Of a DNA stretch of 64,000 nt, positions 40,709-51,256 are shown one piece after another. The first letter of the stretch is position 1. Every line of letters starts with the position of its first letter. The stretch lies in contig OZ219753.1 in assembly GCA_964291315.2 (NCBI GenBank), positions 1,824,001-1,888,000 on the forward strand. The letters run 5' to 3'. Position numbers and translations under genes: made by a program. This DNA is from Candidatus Poribacteria bacterium (lineage in GTDB: Bacteria > Poribacteria > WGA-4E > WGA-3G). The notes under the pieces were generated by a model. The model did not search any database. It was not told the origin of the DNA and saw nothing but the letters and a program-made list of their open reading frames with translations.

Positions 40709-41965
40709 ATGAAAACAATACCCATAACAGCAAAATTACTTTCACCCCTAGCACTTAGACGCGACCGCCAATCTGATCGCTCGCGGAGTGACCGATCTGT
40801 GACCGGCACAGCAGTCCGGGGCGCCTTGGCCGCTCTCTATTTGCAACACCACGGGCAAACAGATCATACCTTTAACCATCTGTTTCTAAATGAGGCTGCA
40901 TGCCGCTTTGGCCCACTGGATCCCGGACCTAAGCACTTCCCACTAACCACCGCCGCCTGCAAGCGCGAAGGACTAAAACACGCCCTTGTAGACCAATTGT
41001 GGTACCGTATCGCTCAACACTATACCGGAGGCCTTGTGGAAGAAAGCGCAGAATCCACATGGCGGCAATGCCAATACAAGCAGTGCGGAGCAGATTTGAA
41101 AGCACACGACGGCTTTTGGCAGAAACACAGCGATAATAGCTTGCACGAAATGAACGAAGACCGACAACACGTCGCCACCCACGTCGGCATCGATCGACAT
41201 ACTGCTACCACCGCCGAATCTATGTTCTACACCCTTGAAGCTATGCTGGCTTCTGGTAAAAAGAAAGACCTATACGGATGGTGTTCTGTAGACGAAGATG
41301 CCCTCAACGCCCTGAAAAAACTCTTGGAAACCGAGAAATACCGCATATCAGTCGGACACCATCGCACGCGCGGCTATGGAGATATACGTATACAATTGCA
41401 CAAAGCTGTTGAAGAGATGGACCAACAGACTTGTGTGGAAAATTGGGAACGTTGGAGTCAGGAACTAGCGGCGTTTCTGAATTCACCCCCACTCTCTGTT
41501 CGGGACATTAATACTGAACATTTCTATTTTTCGCTCTCCTTTCCCAACGGGGCTATATTCGTGGATAAATTTTTGCGCTACAGTCTGGATCCCGCTACCA
41601 TGCTTTCATGGCTACCCCCTATGCCTTCTGTAGATCAAGCTTTCCCTATAGAGAGCCGGCCTCCCTATAAACTCTCATCGGGAGGCACAATACAGTGGAT
41701 AACTGCGGTAACTAAACACGAACGACTCCGCGGCTGGAACGCAGCCCACGGCCTGCCCCGTCAAGATGAATGGAACGTCGCACGAGGCTCTATCTACGTC
41801 TACTCTTTTCAGGGCACTACGGCACAACGGGAAGCACTTATCCAACATCTCAGCAATTTGTGCAAAGCGGGGGTTGGATTACGACGCAATGAGGGATTCG
41901 GCACAGTCGTCATTTCCGATGAGTTCCATTACCAGTTTCGCAAACAACAAGAGGTCCAATCGTGA
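40709..41965 (+). CDS. csx10: Csx10 (Cas5-group RAMP)
   Basis: LLSPL, GTAVRGALA, HVGIDR.T, RTRGYG, RGWN...GLPR, GLRRNEGFG. Confidence 0.82.
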   Translation: MKTIPITAKLLSPLALRRDRQSDRSRSDRSVTGTAVRGALAALYLQHHGQTDHTFNHLFLNEAACRFGPLDPGPKHFPLTTAACKREGLKHALVDQLWYRIAQHYTGGLVEESAESTWRQCQYKQCGADLKAHDGFWQKHSDNSLHEMNEDRQHVATHVGIDRHTATTAESMFYTLEAMLASGKKKDLYGWCSVDEDALNALKKLLETEKYRISVGHHRTRGYGDIRIQLHKAVEEMDQQTCVENWERWSQELAAFLNSPPLSVRDINTEHFYFSLSFPNGAIFVDKFLRYSLDPATMLSWLPPMPSVDQAFPIESRPPYKLSSGGTIQWITAVTKHERLRGWNAAHGLPRQDEWNVARGSIYVYSFQGTTAQREALIQHLSNLCKAGVGLRRNEGFGTVVISDEFHYQFRKQQEVQS

Positions 41966-42402
41966 TTGTTTTGAATAACGAGTTAATCCAAAAAACCGAT
42001 TGCTATATTGACGAGCATCACGAAACTTTTTCCAAATTAGGTGAATCTTTCTTTGCTACATTCGGCTATGACCCACGAAACAATCGCATTAGCTCACAAG
42101 TTCGTAACCTTCAACAAATTGTCTGCTCTGCTACGCGTTTTGCGGACATTGAGGATTTTGTAAAAAACCAGATAGGAAAAGAAAGAAAGAACGCTCCAGA
42201 CAAAACAGAGTGGAGAGCATTAGGAGAGCAGGTTCTGAAGCAATTGAGGCAGCTGCGCGCCAAAAGTAAGGAATTGGACAGCGATCCCAATAATCAAATC
42301 GCTTTGCGCTTGCGTCTCGCTCGCGGCTGGGTGCGCGCTGTCGTCAGCTCCTACCTCTATCAGACAGCATTGGAACAAATGGAGCATAGAGGTGTACTAT
42401 GA
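41962..42402 (+). CDS. Cas11/Csm2-like small subunit (first copy)
   Basis: Predicted all-helical; SQVRNLQQI...FVKNQIGK...W...YLY pattern; position after csx10. Confidence 0.65.
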   Translation: MIVLNNELIQKTDCYIDEHHETFSKLGESFFATFGYDPRNNRISSQVRNLQQIVCSATRFADIEDFVKNQIGKERKNAPDKTEWRALGEQVLKQLRQLRAKSKELDSDPNNQIALRLRLARGWVRAVVSSYLYQTALEQMEHRGVL

Positions 42403-42920
42403 ATTATGTTGACCTACTGTCCGATACAATCTATTGTGAACAGGCTGTTAAACAATTAAATAAAATACTAGGGAATGCTAGCATATTTCCTGTGGCATAT
42501 TCACAGATTTACGGGCTGCGCCAAATCGCCAGACAACAGCCCCACAAGGTCCTGCCATTTGCCCAACATCAAAACGAGCGCGCCGAAAAGTTAAACAAGG
42601 CAGCCGAGGTCGACTTTTGGTCTCTGGTGGCAGAACTTTGTAAACCCTACAACCCTTCAGATGCTAACTGGTCTGTTTGTAGAGAAGGCACTAATTATCT
42701 GCCAGAAGGCATACGAGAACAAGATATTCCTCCAAAACGGAAAGGCATGCAGCAAAAAGAGCAAAGTGAGCGCAATCAACTCAGGAAAAAACAAAAAGAA
42801 TGGCTCAAGCAATGGGAAAAAGAACATATTCCAGCGTTTTTTGAACGTTTCTGTACAGAGTGTTTGTATCGGAAAACTATGATCGAAACAGCAGAGCTAA
42901 AAACAGAACACAATGGGTAA
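42399..42920 (+). CDS. Cas11/Csm2-like small subunit (second copy)
   Basis: SQIYGLRQIA...FAQHQNER...FW...FFERF...LY pattern; ATGA overlap with the previous gene. Confidence 0.55.
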   Translation: MNYVDLLSDTIYCEQAVKQLNKILGNASIFPVAYSQIYGLRQIARQQPHKVLPFAQHQNERAEKLNKAAEVDFWSLVAELCKPYNPSDANWSVCREGTNYLPEGIREQDIPPKRKGMQQKEQSERNQLRKKQKEWLKQWEKEHIPAFFERFCTECLYRKTMIETAELKTEHNG

Positions 42921-43000
42921 AACGAAGCTATAGACAGCTGAGAAATGTAAATACGTTTGCATGCAAGACAGGTAAAATCGATAAAAGGAGTAATAATAAT

Positions 43001-43828
43001 ATGCTTCAATTAAAGCAGAAGATCCGCCTTACTGCTTGCTTAGGGTTCGACACCGCCTGGCGCATCGGTTCCGGCAAAGAGGGTGAAACTATGAGCGATT
43101 TGGGAGTAGTCCTTGATCCTAATGGCAGTCCGGTTCTGCCCGGTTCTTCACTCAAGGGAAAATTACGGAGCACTTGCGAAACGTTATCACATGCCCTCCA
43201 TCTGCAAGCCTGCATGTTAAATGAAGACGCAAGCGGGGTCCGCTGTGCCAGTGATGTGAATTATTATCACCGTGTGCGTGGTAATTATCAGAAAACCTAT
43301 CAGGAAGGGGTAAAAAGCCGCCTGCAATGGATTGACGACAACACCTGCGATGTTTGCAAACTCTTCGGTTCGCCAGTACAAGCCGGACGCTTGGCGGTAA
43401 GTGATGGCGAACTACAGGATTGGGCATCCCTTGTGCAGGTACGCGACGGCATTGTCATTGATCGTGATAGTCAAACAGCCGTCGATGGTCTCAAATACGA
43501 CTATGAAGTTATTCCATCAAGCAGCCGATTCCAGCTCTGTATTGACATTGAAAACCCAACTGATTCCGACCAGGCTCTACTCGGTGCTGCTCTGTTTGAT
43601 TGGCACGCCGGCAGCAGTATCGGCGGGTTTACAAGCCGAGGCCTCGGACGCTTCCATCTCAAAGATATCAAAATATTCAATGTCGACATGACAGACGCAC
43701 AGCAAAGAATCAAATTCTTAACGAAAAAAACAACCGAGGAACGTTTCAATCTCTTAGAAAATTGGGAATCTTATTTCACTCAATACATAGATAAGACGTG
43801 TCGGGTTCTAGAGAATGAGGAGGGTTAA
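43001..43828 (+). CDS. Cas7-group RAMP (Csx7-like)
   Basis: RIGSG, LPGSSLKGKLRS, CDVCKLFGS, RDGIVIDR, IGGFTSRGLG; AAGGAG RBS before ATG 43001. Confidence 0.88.
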   Translation: MLQLKQKIRLTACLGFDTAWRIGSGKEGETMSDLGVVLDPNGSPVLPGSSLKGKLRSTCETLSHALHLQACMLNEDASGVRCASDVNYYHRVRGNYQKTYQEGVKSRLQWIDDNTCDVCKLFGSPVQAGRLAVSDGELQDWASLVQVRDGIVIDRDSQTAVDGLKYDYEVIPSSSRFQLCIDIENPTDSDQALLGAALFDWHAGSSIGGFTSRGLGRFHLKDIKIFNVDMTDAQQRIKFLTKKTTEERFNLLENWESYFTQYIDKTCRVLENEEG

Positions 43829-43830
43829 CT

Positions 43831-44808
43831 GTGTTACGAAAATGGTTCTGTCAAGCGGATATAAAAATTATCATTGAACCGGTCGACCCTATACTGATTA
43901 AGAGTGGTTATGCTACTATAGACGGGACGGACATGGTGCCTGTATCAACGTTCAAAGACGGCGATCGCGTCTACTACTTTCCCGGGAGCTCACTCAAAGG
44001 CGTACTGCGCAGCCATCTAGAACGTATCGCTCGCACCCTGCATTCAGGCAGCGTCTGCATCCCTTACTATGACCCTAAGAAAAATATGACAATACCCGCC
44101 GCTGCAGAAGAGACCTCCCACGGCTGTGGATATCGCTCACGCAGCCCTCGGAGCAAGAAGACCTCTGCTACTGCGTACGCCGATTCGTGTGCTACATGCC
44201 GCCTGTTCGGCTCCTTGAAATTTGGCGGACGTTTCAGTATAAGTGATGCCTACCCTTTGTTAGAGCATAAGCCTTCTATTGAATCACGCAACGGAGTAAC
44301 AATAGACCGTTTTACAGGCGGAACTGTACCGGGAGCTCTGTTCGACCTGCAAGTACTTGTAGGCGGACAATTCGCCGCGAACCTCCGTTTGATTAACTTT
44401 GAATCCTGGCAACTTGCAGCGCTTAACCTGTTGTTATTAGATATGGCAGATGAAATGATTACCATCGGCTCCGGACGCAGTAGAGGACTTGGCCGCGTAC
44501 GAATCACCGTTCCTTCGTATTGTCTTTCCTACGTTCGAAATGTTAATAAACTTGTTGGGCTATACCACCTTGTCACCCCCCAGGAGCAAAATGCTTACAG
44601 CTTATACAATTGGACACCTGAAGACGATATCGCCCTACAAAGCCCGCATATACGCGGTCTGCGGCATCAGTACGATCTCAGTGACAATTGGGGTACACTG
44701 CTACAACCGCTCTTACCCGCCTTTGAAAAATTTCTGCAGTGGCACGGGGGCCCTCGCGGGCAAGCACCCCACACCGAGGCTGCCAATAAGAAGGAAATCA
44801 ACCCATGA
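43831..44808 (+). CDS. Cas7-group RAMP
   Basis: PILIKSG, FPGSSLKGVLRS, CATCRLFGS, RNGVTIDRFTGG, IGSGRSRGLG. Confidence 0.88.
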   Translation: MLRKWFCQADIKIIIEPVDPILIKSGYATIDGTDMVPVSTFKDGDRVYYFPGSSLKGVLRSHLERIARTLHSGSVCIPYYDPKKNMTIPAAAEETSHGCGYRSRSPRSKKTSATAYADSCATCRLFGSLKFGGRFSISDAYPLLEHKPSIESRNGVTIDRFTGGTVPGALFDLQVLVGGQFAANLRLINFESWQLAALNLLLLDMADEMITIGSGRSRGLGRVRITVPSYCLSYVRNVNKLVGLYHLVTPQEQNAYSLYNWTPEDDIALQSPHIRGLRHQYDLSDNWGTLLQPLLPAFEKFLQWHGGPRGQAPHTEAANKKEINP

Positions 44809-45407
44809 CAGATTTTTTGAAAACCGCAGATCTAACACAGAATGTGTTTCTGAAGCTTATTGAAAACCTTCCACTCGATGCCCAAGTATCTACAGGTTAC
44901 ATCTGGCTAGAAGCCGCTGATGGATGGACACTGGACCGCTGGAATTGGGAAATCGGTATTGAAACGGAGATACGTTGGTACCGAGCACGACATGAGCCGG
45001 TAGAAAAATCCGCTAAAGACTGTCTGGCGAAATCCACCGCCGGTCGACTCTTTGCCATGGAGGGCGAGCTACGCTGGCGCACCATCCCCGCACTCGGAGA
45101 AGCATGCTGGCGCACAGTCTTCCTCGGAAATGTTGATTGGGCGGGGCCAACCTTGGAAAATCATTCCCAAGCTTTGAATAATTTGCGTTCACATCAGAAA
45201 AGCTTTTACTTATGGGGACAACAGACACAAGAGACACCCGATGAATGGATTGAACTGCGGATCCCACACCGTTTTCAGTATCCTATTGCAGGCAACCCGC
45301 ATAGAGTCAAAATCCTCACCGAACAATGGGACGATGCCACCGGCGAACCGCACTTCGTCCGACTCTGTACTCTTAAACCCGCAGAGGAGACAACATCATG
45401 CCAATAG
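44805..45407 (+). CDS. Csx19-like subunit
   Basis: GRLF...GELRW, YLWG, ELRIP...YP, FVRL; position between Cas7 genes as in type III-D. Confidence 0.7.
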   Translation: MTDFLKTADLTQNVFLKLIENLPLDAQVSTGYIWLEAADGWTLDRWNWEIGIETEIRWYRARHEPVEKSAKDCLAKSTAGRLFAMEGELRWRTIPALGEACWRTVFLGNVDWAGPTLENHSQALNNLRSHQKSFYLWGQQTQETPDEWIELRIPHRFQYPIAGNPHRVKILTEQWDDATGEPHFVRLCTLKPAEETTSCQ

Positions 45408-46477
45408 GAGAAAACTTCTGGAACCCATACCGCTGGGTCACCCTCAGTAATCGCCCCAGCACACACGATACGCCACACTATCATCATACCTTTAGCGCTC
45501 TTTCGGGGCAACTGTGGTGTGAGCTTGAGGCACTAACGCCTTTACTGATTGGGGACCGACGAGTACCCATCCAATTTGTCCGCCACGCTCACAATGGGCA
45601 ACCCTATATTCCAGGTACCTCACTTAAGGGGGCCATACGCTCTTTGGTCGAAGTCCTAGGAAATGGAACCACGCCCCCTGCTAATCATCAGCCGGGCGCT
45701 ACTAATCGTCAGCTGGACACTGCAAGCCGAACTTTCGGCTACTCGGACCGCAGTGACATCTTTACAGGATTGATCCGATTCAGCGATGCGGAAATCTCCG
45801 AGCCAATTACGCCTATGGACATGAGGCAATGGCAGGAGTGGACTGTAGTTGTCGGGGCACCAAAACGCACACACACCGCTTTTTATCCACAAGGCCGAAA
45901 GCACAAGTTTTACCACCATCACCCTGGCGCGATACAACTCGTTCCTCCACATCCGGGTGTTACTCAAACCACTATAGTCAGACCTGCCCCACCCAGGACA
46001 TCTTTCCATTTCACAGTGGACTTTACAAATCTACGCGAAGAAGAACTGAATGTCTTACTCTACAGCCTTGCCCTTGAAGAACAAGTTACTGTCCGGCTAA
46101 GTCCAGAAGCACTCGGTCGAAAGGAAGACAATGAAGGCGAGGAATTCTGCGGGCCCCTCCGCCATAAAATAGGCGGCGCCAAACCACACGGGGCCGGCTC
46201 CGTTCACATTCGGATAACCAAAATGCAATTGTGTCGGGACGCAGCAGCCCGTTACCGAGGCAATACGGCTACCGACATCTTGGAAAAAACAAGCCTCACC
46301 AACGAGATATACGAACGCACTGCAAGCTTTCAAAACCGCACAGACACAACAATGAGAGAACTACGGGCTATGTTGATTTATTCTACCGATGATCCCAGAA
46401 CACCTATTCATTATCCGACGTATAGATGGTTTAATACACAACAAGGCGCACAAACACAATTAAAACCGACCCTCTAA
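45398..46477 (+). CDS. Terminal Cas7-group RAMP (TIGR03986-like), short form
   Basis: FWNPYRWV, LEALTPLLIG, IPGTSLKGAIRS, RKHKFYHH, F.NL..EEL, KIGGAKPHGAGSV. Confidence 0.82.
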   Translation: MPIGENFWNPYRWVTLSNRPSTHDTPHYHHTFSALSGQLWCELEALTPLLIGDRRVPIQFVRHAHNGQPYIPGTSLKGAIRSLVEVLGNGTTPPANHQPGATNRQLDTASRTFGYSDRSDIFTGLIRFSDAEISEPITPMDMRQWQEWTVVVGAPKRTHTAFYPQGRKHKFYHHHPGAIQLVPPHPGVTQTTIVRPAPPRTSFHFTVDFTNLREEELNVLLYSLALEEQVTVRLSPEALGRKEDNEGEEFCGPLRHKIGGAKPHGAGSVHIRITKMQLCRDAAARYRGNTATDILEKTSLTNEIYERTASFQNRTDTTMRELRAMLIYSTDDPRTPIHYPTYRWFNTQQGAQTQLKPTL

Positions 46478-46494
46478 CTAAATACGAACTTACC

Positions 46495-47454
46495 ATGATA
46501 TGCCAAAACTTTCGATTCGCACGCTACCGCTTCACATATACCGTCCAAGAACCCTTGAAAATGCCACAATACAAAGGCAATATCTTCCGCAGCCGATTCG
46601 GATACCTCCTGCGCGAAATCACATGCATCGGCGGTAAAGAACACTGTGTGAACCGTTGTCAGTTTCCAGAACGGTGTGTATATTCCAAATGCTTTGAAAC
46701 GCCAGTCCCAGAGGACAGCCCTATCCTCCGGGGGCAACCCTATGCACCACATCCGTTTATACTCGAACCACCGCTCACACCGAAATTAGACTATAGCCCC
46801 GGCGACATCTTCTCCTGCACGCTGACCCTCGTCGGTAACGCAATTAACCTGTTGGCTTGGCTGGTTTTCGCCTTCCGAGAGATAGGCAAACGACGGATCG
46901 GCATCCGCGGTAAACGCGGGCAATGCAAACTTAACAAAGTCGAAGCACTCCCCGCAAAAGATAACCAAAGCCACCGAACAATTTACACAGCAGAAACCGA
47001 GCTACTCACAGACAACGGGCTAGTGCTCCGACACAACGACGTGATACACCAGATACCTAATTCTGTTAATCAGATTCACCTAGAATTCCTTACGCCCGCG
47101 AGTATCAAAGTCAACGGGAAATGGACCAAAGAACTGACGTTCGAACATCTCATCCGCAATTTGCTCCGACGCATCCGGTTCTTGAGCTACTTTCACTGCG
47201 ACGAGGATTTGAATGTAGACGCTCGCGCGCTCATCGAGAAAGCCTGTCCCGTCATACACGAGTCTAATTTCCGTTGGATCCGAGCTGACCGATACTCCTA
47301 CCGCGCAGGGAGTTCTATACCCATGGGCGGGTTTACCGGTAAAATCCGATTTTCAGGCGAATTAGAACCCTTTCTGCCTTTTATCTATTTGGGGAAGTAT
47401 TTACACATCGGGCATCACACAGCTTTTGGACACGGGCAGTACGTCATTCGGTAA
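46495..47454 (+). CDS. cas6: Cas6 pre-crRNA endoribonuclease (DUF2276-type)
   Basis: YKG..FR..FG, Cys cluster, PHPFILEPP, FLTP, GGFTG, G-rich loop GKYLHIGHHTAFGHG. Confidence 0.88.
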   Translation: MICQNFRFARYRFTYTVQEPLKMPQYKGNIFRSRFGYLLREITCIGGKEHCVNRCQFPERCVYSKCFETPVPEDSPILRGQPYAPHPFILEPPLTPKLDYSPGDIFSCTLTLVGNAINLLAWLVFAFREIGKRRIGIRGKRGQCKLNKVEALPAKDNQSHRTIYTAETELLTDNGLVLRHNDVIHQIPNSVNQIHLEFLTPASIKVNGKWTKELTFEHLIRNLLRRIRFLSYFHCDEDLNVDARALIEKACPVIHESNFRWIRADRYSYRAGSSIPMGGFTGKIRFSGELEPFLPFIYLGKYLHIGHHTAFGHGQYVIR

Positions 47455-47688
47455 TTGCTAGTAAATCTAAAAAATTAATAAAGCAAGTTTGAAAAAACTT
47501 GGAGTTTAAGGGGACTGAGGCCCTCGTAGCCTTGGAGATATGGCCCCCACGTTCAAATTATAAAAGCCGTGAAATATCTATCAAACTCACGTTATAATAT
47601 ACCTACATCTTTGCGTTTTGTATCACCTAAAAAACGCACAATTTTATTACCAACCTAACCCTTGATTTTCCATAAATGAGGTCCCAGC

Positions 47689-50653
47689 ATGTCAAGAAAA
47701 AAACGCACCGCTAAGCCAAAAGAGGTCCGAGACTACCGACACGACACCGTTACCCGAAAAAATAATCCGCCCGCAGGCATCGCCGCACAAGGGAAGCTCC
47801 AAGAGCCCCCGAAACGGCAATACGCATACAACCCACACCTGCCACCCAACCTCCGAGCCGACCCAGACGCAGACGCAGATAAACTTCCCGAACTCCTCCA
47901 CACCGCACAACAGCGACCACTCTCCGCAGATGAGGCGAAGACGCTCGCCGAGGCACTCCGACACCACGCTCCCTGGCTTGAATGGGCAGGCAAGCAGGAG
48001 AACGCAACAACCTTCAGCGTCGACCCCGTGGCACTCCACATCCATGAGCGCGTCAGCAGCAAAGCGATCCTGAAAACCGCAAAGCGCCAAAACGTCCAAC
48101 GTGAACTCTTCGCCGATCCGCAGCAGGATTATAGCACAGCCGTTGACTTTTACCAGCACGATGTAGATTGGGCGAATCGCCTCATTCTTGGGGATAGTCT
48201 CACAGTGATGAGTTCCCTTGCACAACGTGAAAATCTCGGTGGCAAGGTGCAGATGATCTACATAGACCCGCCGTATGGTATCAAGTTTGCCTCTAACTTT
48301 CAACCGAGTACTTTTCAGCGGGACGTAAGAGAGCGTCCGCAGGACTTGACGCGTGAGCGTGAGCAGATCAAGGCGTATCGGGATACGTGGCGTTTGGGTA
48401 TCCACTCATATCTTGCGTATCTGCGGGATCGGTTGATTGTTGCGAAGGAATTGTTGACAGATAGCGGCAGTATTTTTGTGCAGATGGGGGATGAGAATGT
48501 CCATCGCGTCCGCTGTGTCATGGATGAGGTGTTCGGGAGTGAGAATTTTGTTTCTCAGATCACGTATAAAGTGACTAGCGGTTTTGAACGAAAGTTAGGG
48601 CCGCGCAGAATTCAAGCCCACATTATGTGGTATGCTAAAAAAAAGGAATCGTGTAAATTTCGAAGAATATTTAAGCCTAAAGATGTTGATGGTTTGAATC
48701 TTGATTTATATAGGTACGTTGAACAAGATGGTAATGTTAGAACATTGACGCGCGATGAACGCACAAATCCTGAACAAATTCCTGATGATGCCAGAGTCTT
48801 TAGATCCCTGCCACTCCACACTATGGGAACAGCGAAAAGAGAACCACGGGTGTTTGAAGGAGAGGTATATACGCCTCCGCCTAATACACAGTGGCGACAC
48901 ACAACAGCTGCGTTCGACGTTATGGTAAAATGCAATCGTATTATAAAAGAGGGGAATCGGATCAGGTCCAAATTTTACTTGGGAGATCTCGGTGCCGAAG
49001 AATATAATAATGTTTGGCTTGATACTGGGCCAGAACTCGCTAAATTCTATGTGGCTCAGACTTCATCCAAGGTCATTCAACGCTGTCTCTTAATGACCAC
49101 AGACCCAGGCGATTTGGTCCTTGATCCGACTTGTGGAAGTGGCACAACCGCCTATGTTGCCGAGCAGTGGGGCAGACGTTGGATTACGATTGATACGAGT
49201 CGAGTTGCTGTTACTTTGGCACGTCAACGCCTTTTAACAGGAAGCTTTAATTACTATAGACTCAAGGATGGACCTAAAAATATCACAGGCGGTTTTATAA
49301 ACAAAATCGTTCCACGAGTCACTCTCAAAGATATTGGGCAAAACACTGCCCTGGATCCGATATTTGCCAAGCATGAGCCGATATTGAAAGAGAAGTTGGA
49401 TGCTCTGAACAACAACTTATCACAGATTACCCCCCCCGCTTCGCATAAAACTCCTCGCAAAACTCACCGATAAGCAGAAAAAACACGGCAAAACTGCCAT
49501 CACAGACGCAGATAAACGCCGCTGGCAGCTACCAGATACACATTGGAACGACTGGCAAGTACCCTTCGATACAGACCCCGACTGGCCAAAACCACTACAA
49601 CACGCTCTCGTAGACTACCGCAAAGCGTGGAAAGCAAAGATGAACGATGTCAACGCATGCATCGCCGCAGCCGCCGAAACCGAAGAACTCGTCGATCAGC
49701 CACACATCAACAGAAAGCGAGTGCGTGTCACCGGACCCTTCACCGTAGAGGCAGTGCAACCCGCAGAAGAGTCTCTTCACCTTGATTCACCCATCGCAGC
49801 ACAACCCGAAGAAGTCGATACTACTTTTGATGCCGAGACCGACACGCACGAACCGATCAATGCCGAGGCATACCTCGAACAGATGATACATCACCTCCGA
49901 CACGACGGCGTCCGATTCCCTAATAACAACACATTGACATTCGACACCCTCGACCCCATCGAAGCCGATATCCTCCACGCAGAAGGCACTTGGAAACACT
50001 GCGATACTGAATCCTCCGTCGCCGTCGCATTTGGACCACAGCACGGCCCCATCACCGCAATGCAAGTCGAGGCGTGTCTACCCATCGCCTCCCGCCGCGG
50101 TTATGATGAACTCGTCTTCGCAGGGTTCAGTTTTGACGGCGCGGCACAAGCAGTTATCCAAGACGATCCGAACCCCAGGGTCCGTATCCATATGGCACAC
50201 ATCAACCCGGATGTCGCAATGGGCGGACTCCTCAAGCAGACACCCTCAACCCAGCTCTTTACCGTCTTCGGAATGCCCCGCACAACCCTTGAGGAAGCCG
50301 GCGAAGAGGAATATATTATCAAAATGGAAGGCGTGGACATCTACGACCCGTCAGACAACACCGTGCGCTCTGCGGGTGCGGATAAGGTGGCGGCGTGGTT
50401 TGTGGATACCGACTACGATGGGCGCACGTTCTGCATCACGCAAGCCTTCTTCCCGGACAAGACAGCATGGCAGAAGATCGCCCGTGCCTTGAAAGGCGTT
50501 ATTGATGAAGAGCAGTTTGAGCGGTTCAGTGGCACAACATCGTTTCCGTTCCGTTTTGGACCGCATAAACAGGTCGCAGTCAAAGTCATCGACCCGCGCG
50601 GAAATGAGGTGATGAGCCTGCATAGTTTGGCAGACCCAAGGTATTCCGTATAG
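47689..50653 (+). pseudogene. Type III Mod-like beta-class adenine DNA methyltransferase, frameshifted in a C8 tract (49430-49437)
   Basis: NRLILGDSL, IYIDPPYG, VLDPTCGSGTT in the first ORF; deleting one C joins it to 49640-50653 (ending VAVKVIDPRGNE) giving 987 aa. Confidence 0.85.
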
Positions 50654-50819
50654 GCAGAGTGAACACAGAAGTATCTATCAAACCCACGCCAAATTAATGG
50701 AAAGAAAATAGAGTGCTGTTTCAAACCTACGATTTTCGGACGAAGGTGTTCACGAATTATTGAAATCTGTGTCACCCGGGATTCAGACAATATTTAGGGC
50801 AACTCTTAACTCGCGCTCC

Positions 50820-51023
50820 CTATTGACCTACCATTTTGCGCAGATTCTCAAGCCAATTCTGTATATCAGACTCTTCCACAATACCGAGCCAGAAGAGAAC
50901 CGCAACAATAACGACAACCAAAATTAAGAAACGCCATGTGTGCTTGATAATACCAATTATAAGAAATACAACGCCTATCCCCGCAATTATTAAAAAGAGT
51001 AGAGAGTTAGCTAATTCAGGCAT
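50820..51023 (-). CDS. Small 2-TM membrane protein (67 aa)
   Basis: Two hydrophobic helices; own promoter candidate on the minus strand (TTGACT-16 nt-TATACT, 51167-51140). Confidence 0.55.
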   Translation of the reverse strand: MPELANSLLFLIIAGIGVVFLIIGIIKHTWRFLILVVVIVAVLFWLGIVEESDIQNWLENLRKMVGQ

Positions 51024-51225
51024 AATTGATTCGGATCCTTGGCGCACACCTTACGACACGCCGGCTTACTCTTCTATGAGGACTAGCGCTACTGTAGGGT
51101 AACAGAAATAGATGAAAGCCCTCAATGATATGCTATCGTAGTATACTAAATACGTAAAAAAAGTCAAGAAAGAGATTTTCACAATAACATTTCCCTTGTT
51201 ATCCTTTGGTTCCTTTGTAAAAAAC

Positions 51226-51254
51226 TTGACATTTCTTCACGTTTCGCGTATAAT
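51226..51254 (+). promoter_or_regulatory. Perfect-consensus sigma70 promoter of the CRISPR array
   Basis: TTGACA (51226-31)-17 nt-TATAAT (51249-54), 2 nt before repeat 1. Confidence 0.75.
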
Positions 51255-51256
51255 TA

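Noticed and set aside
47692-48405. Long antisense ORFs (this 237-aa one, 3145-3738, 9278-9787 and similar)
   Set aside because: Shadows of well-supported genes on the opposite strand, with no motifs or RBS
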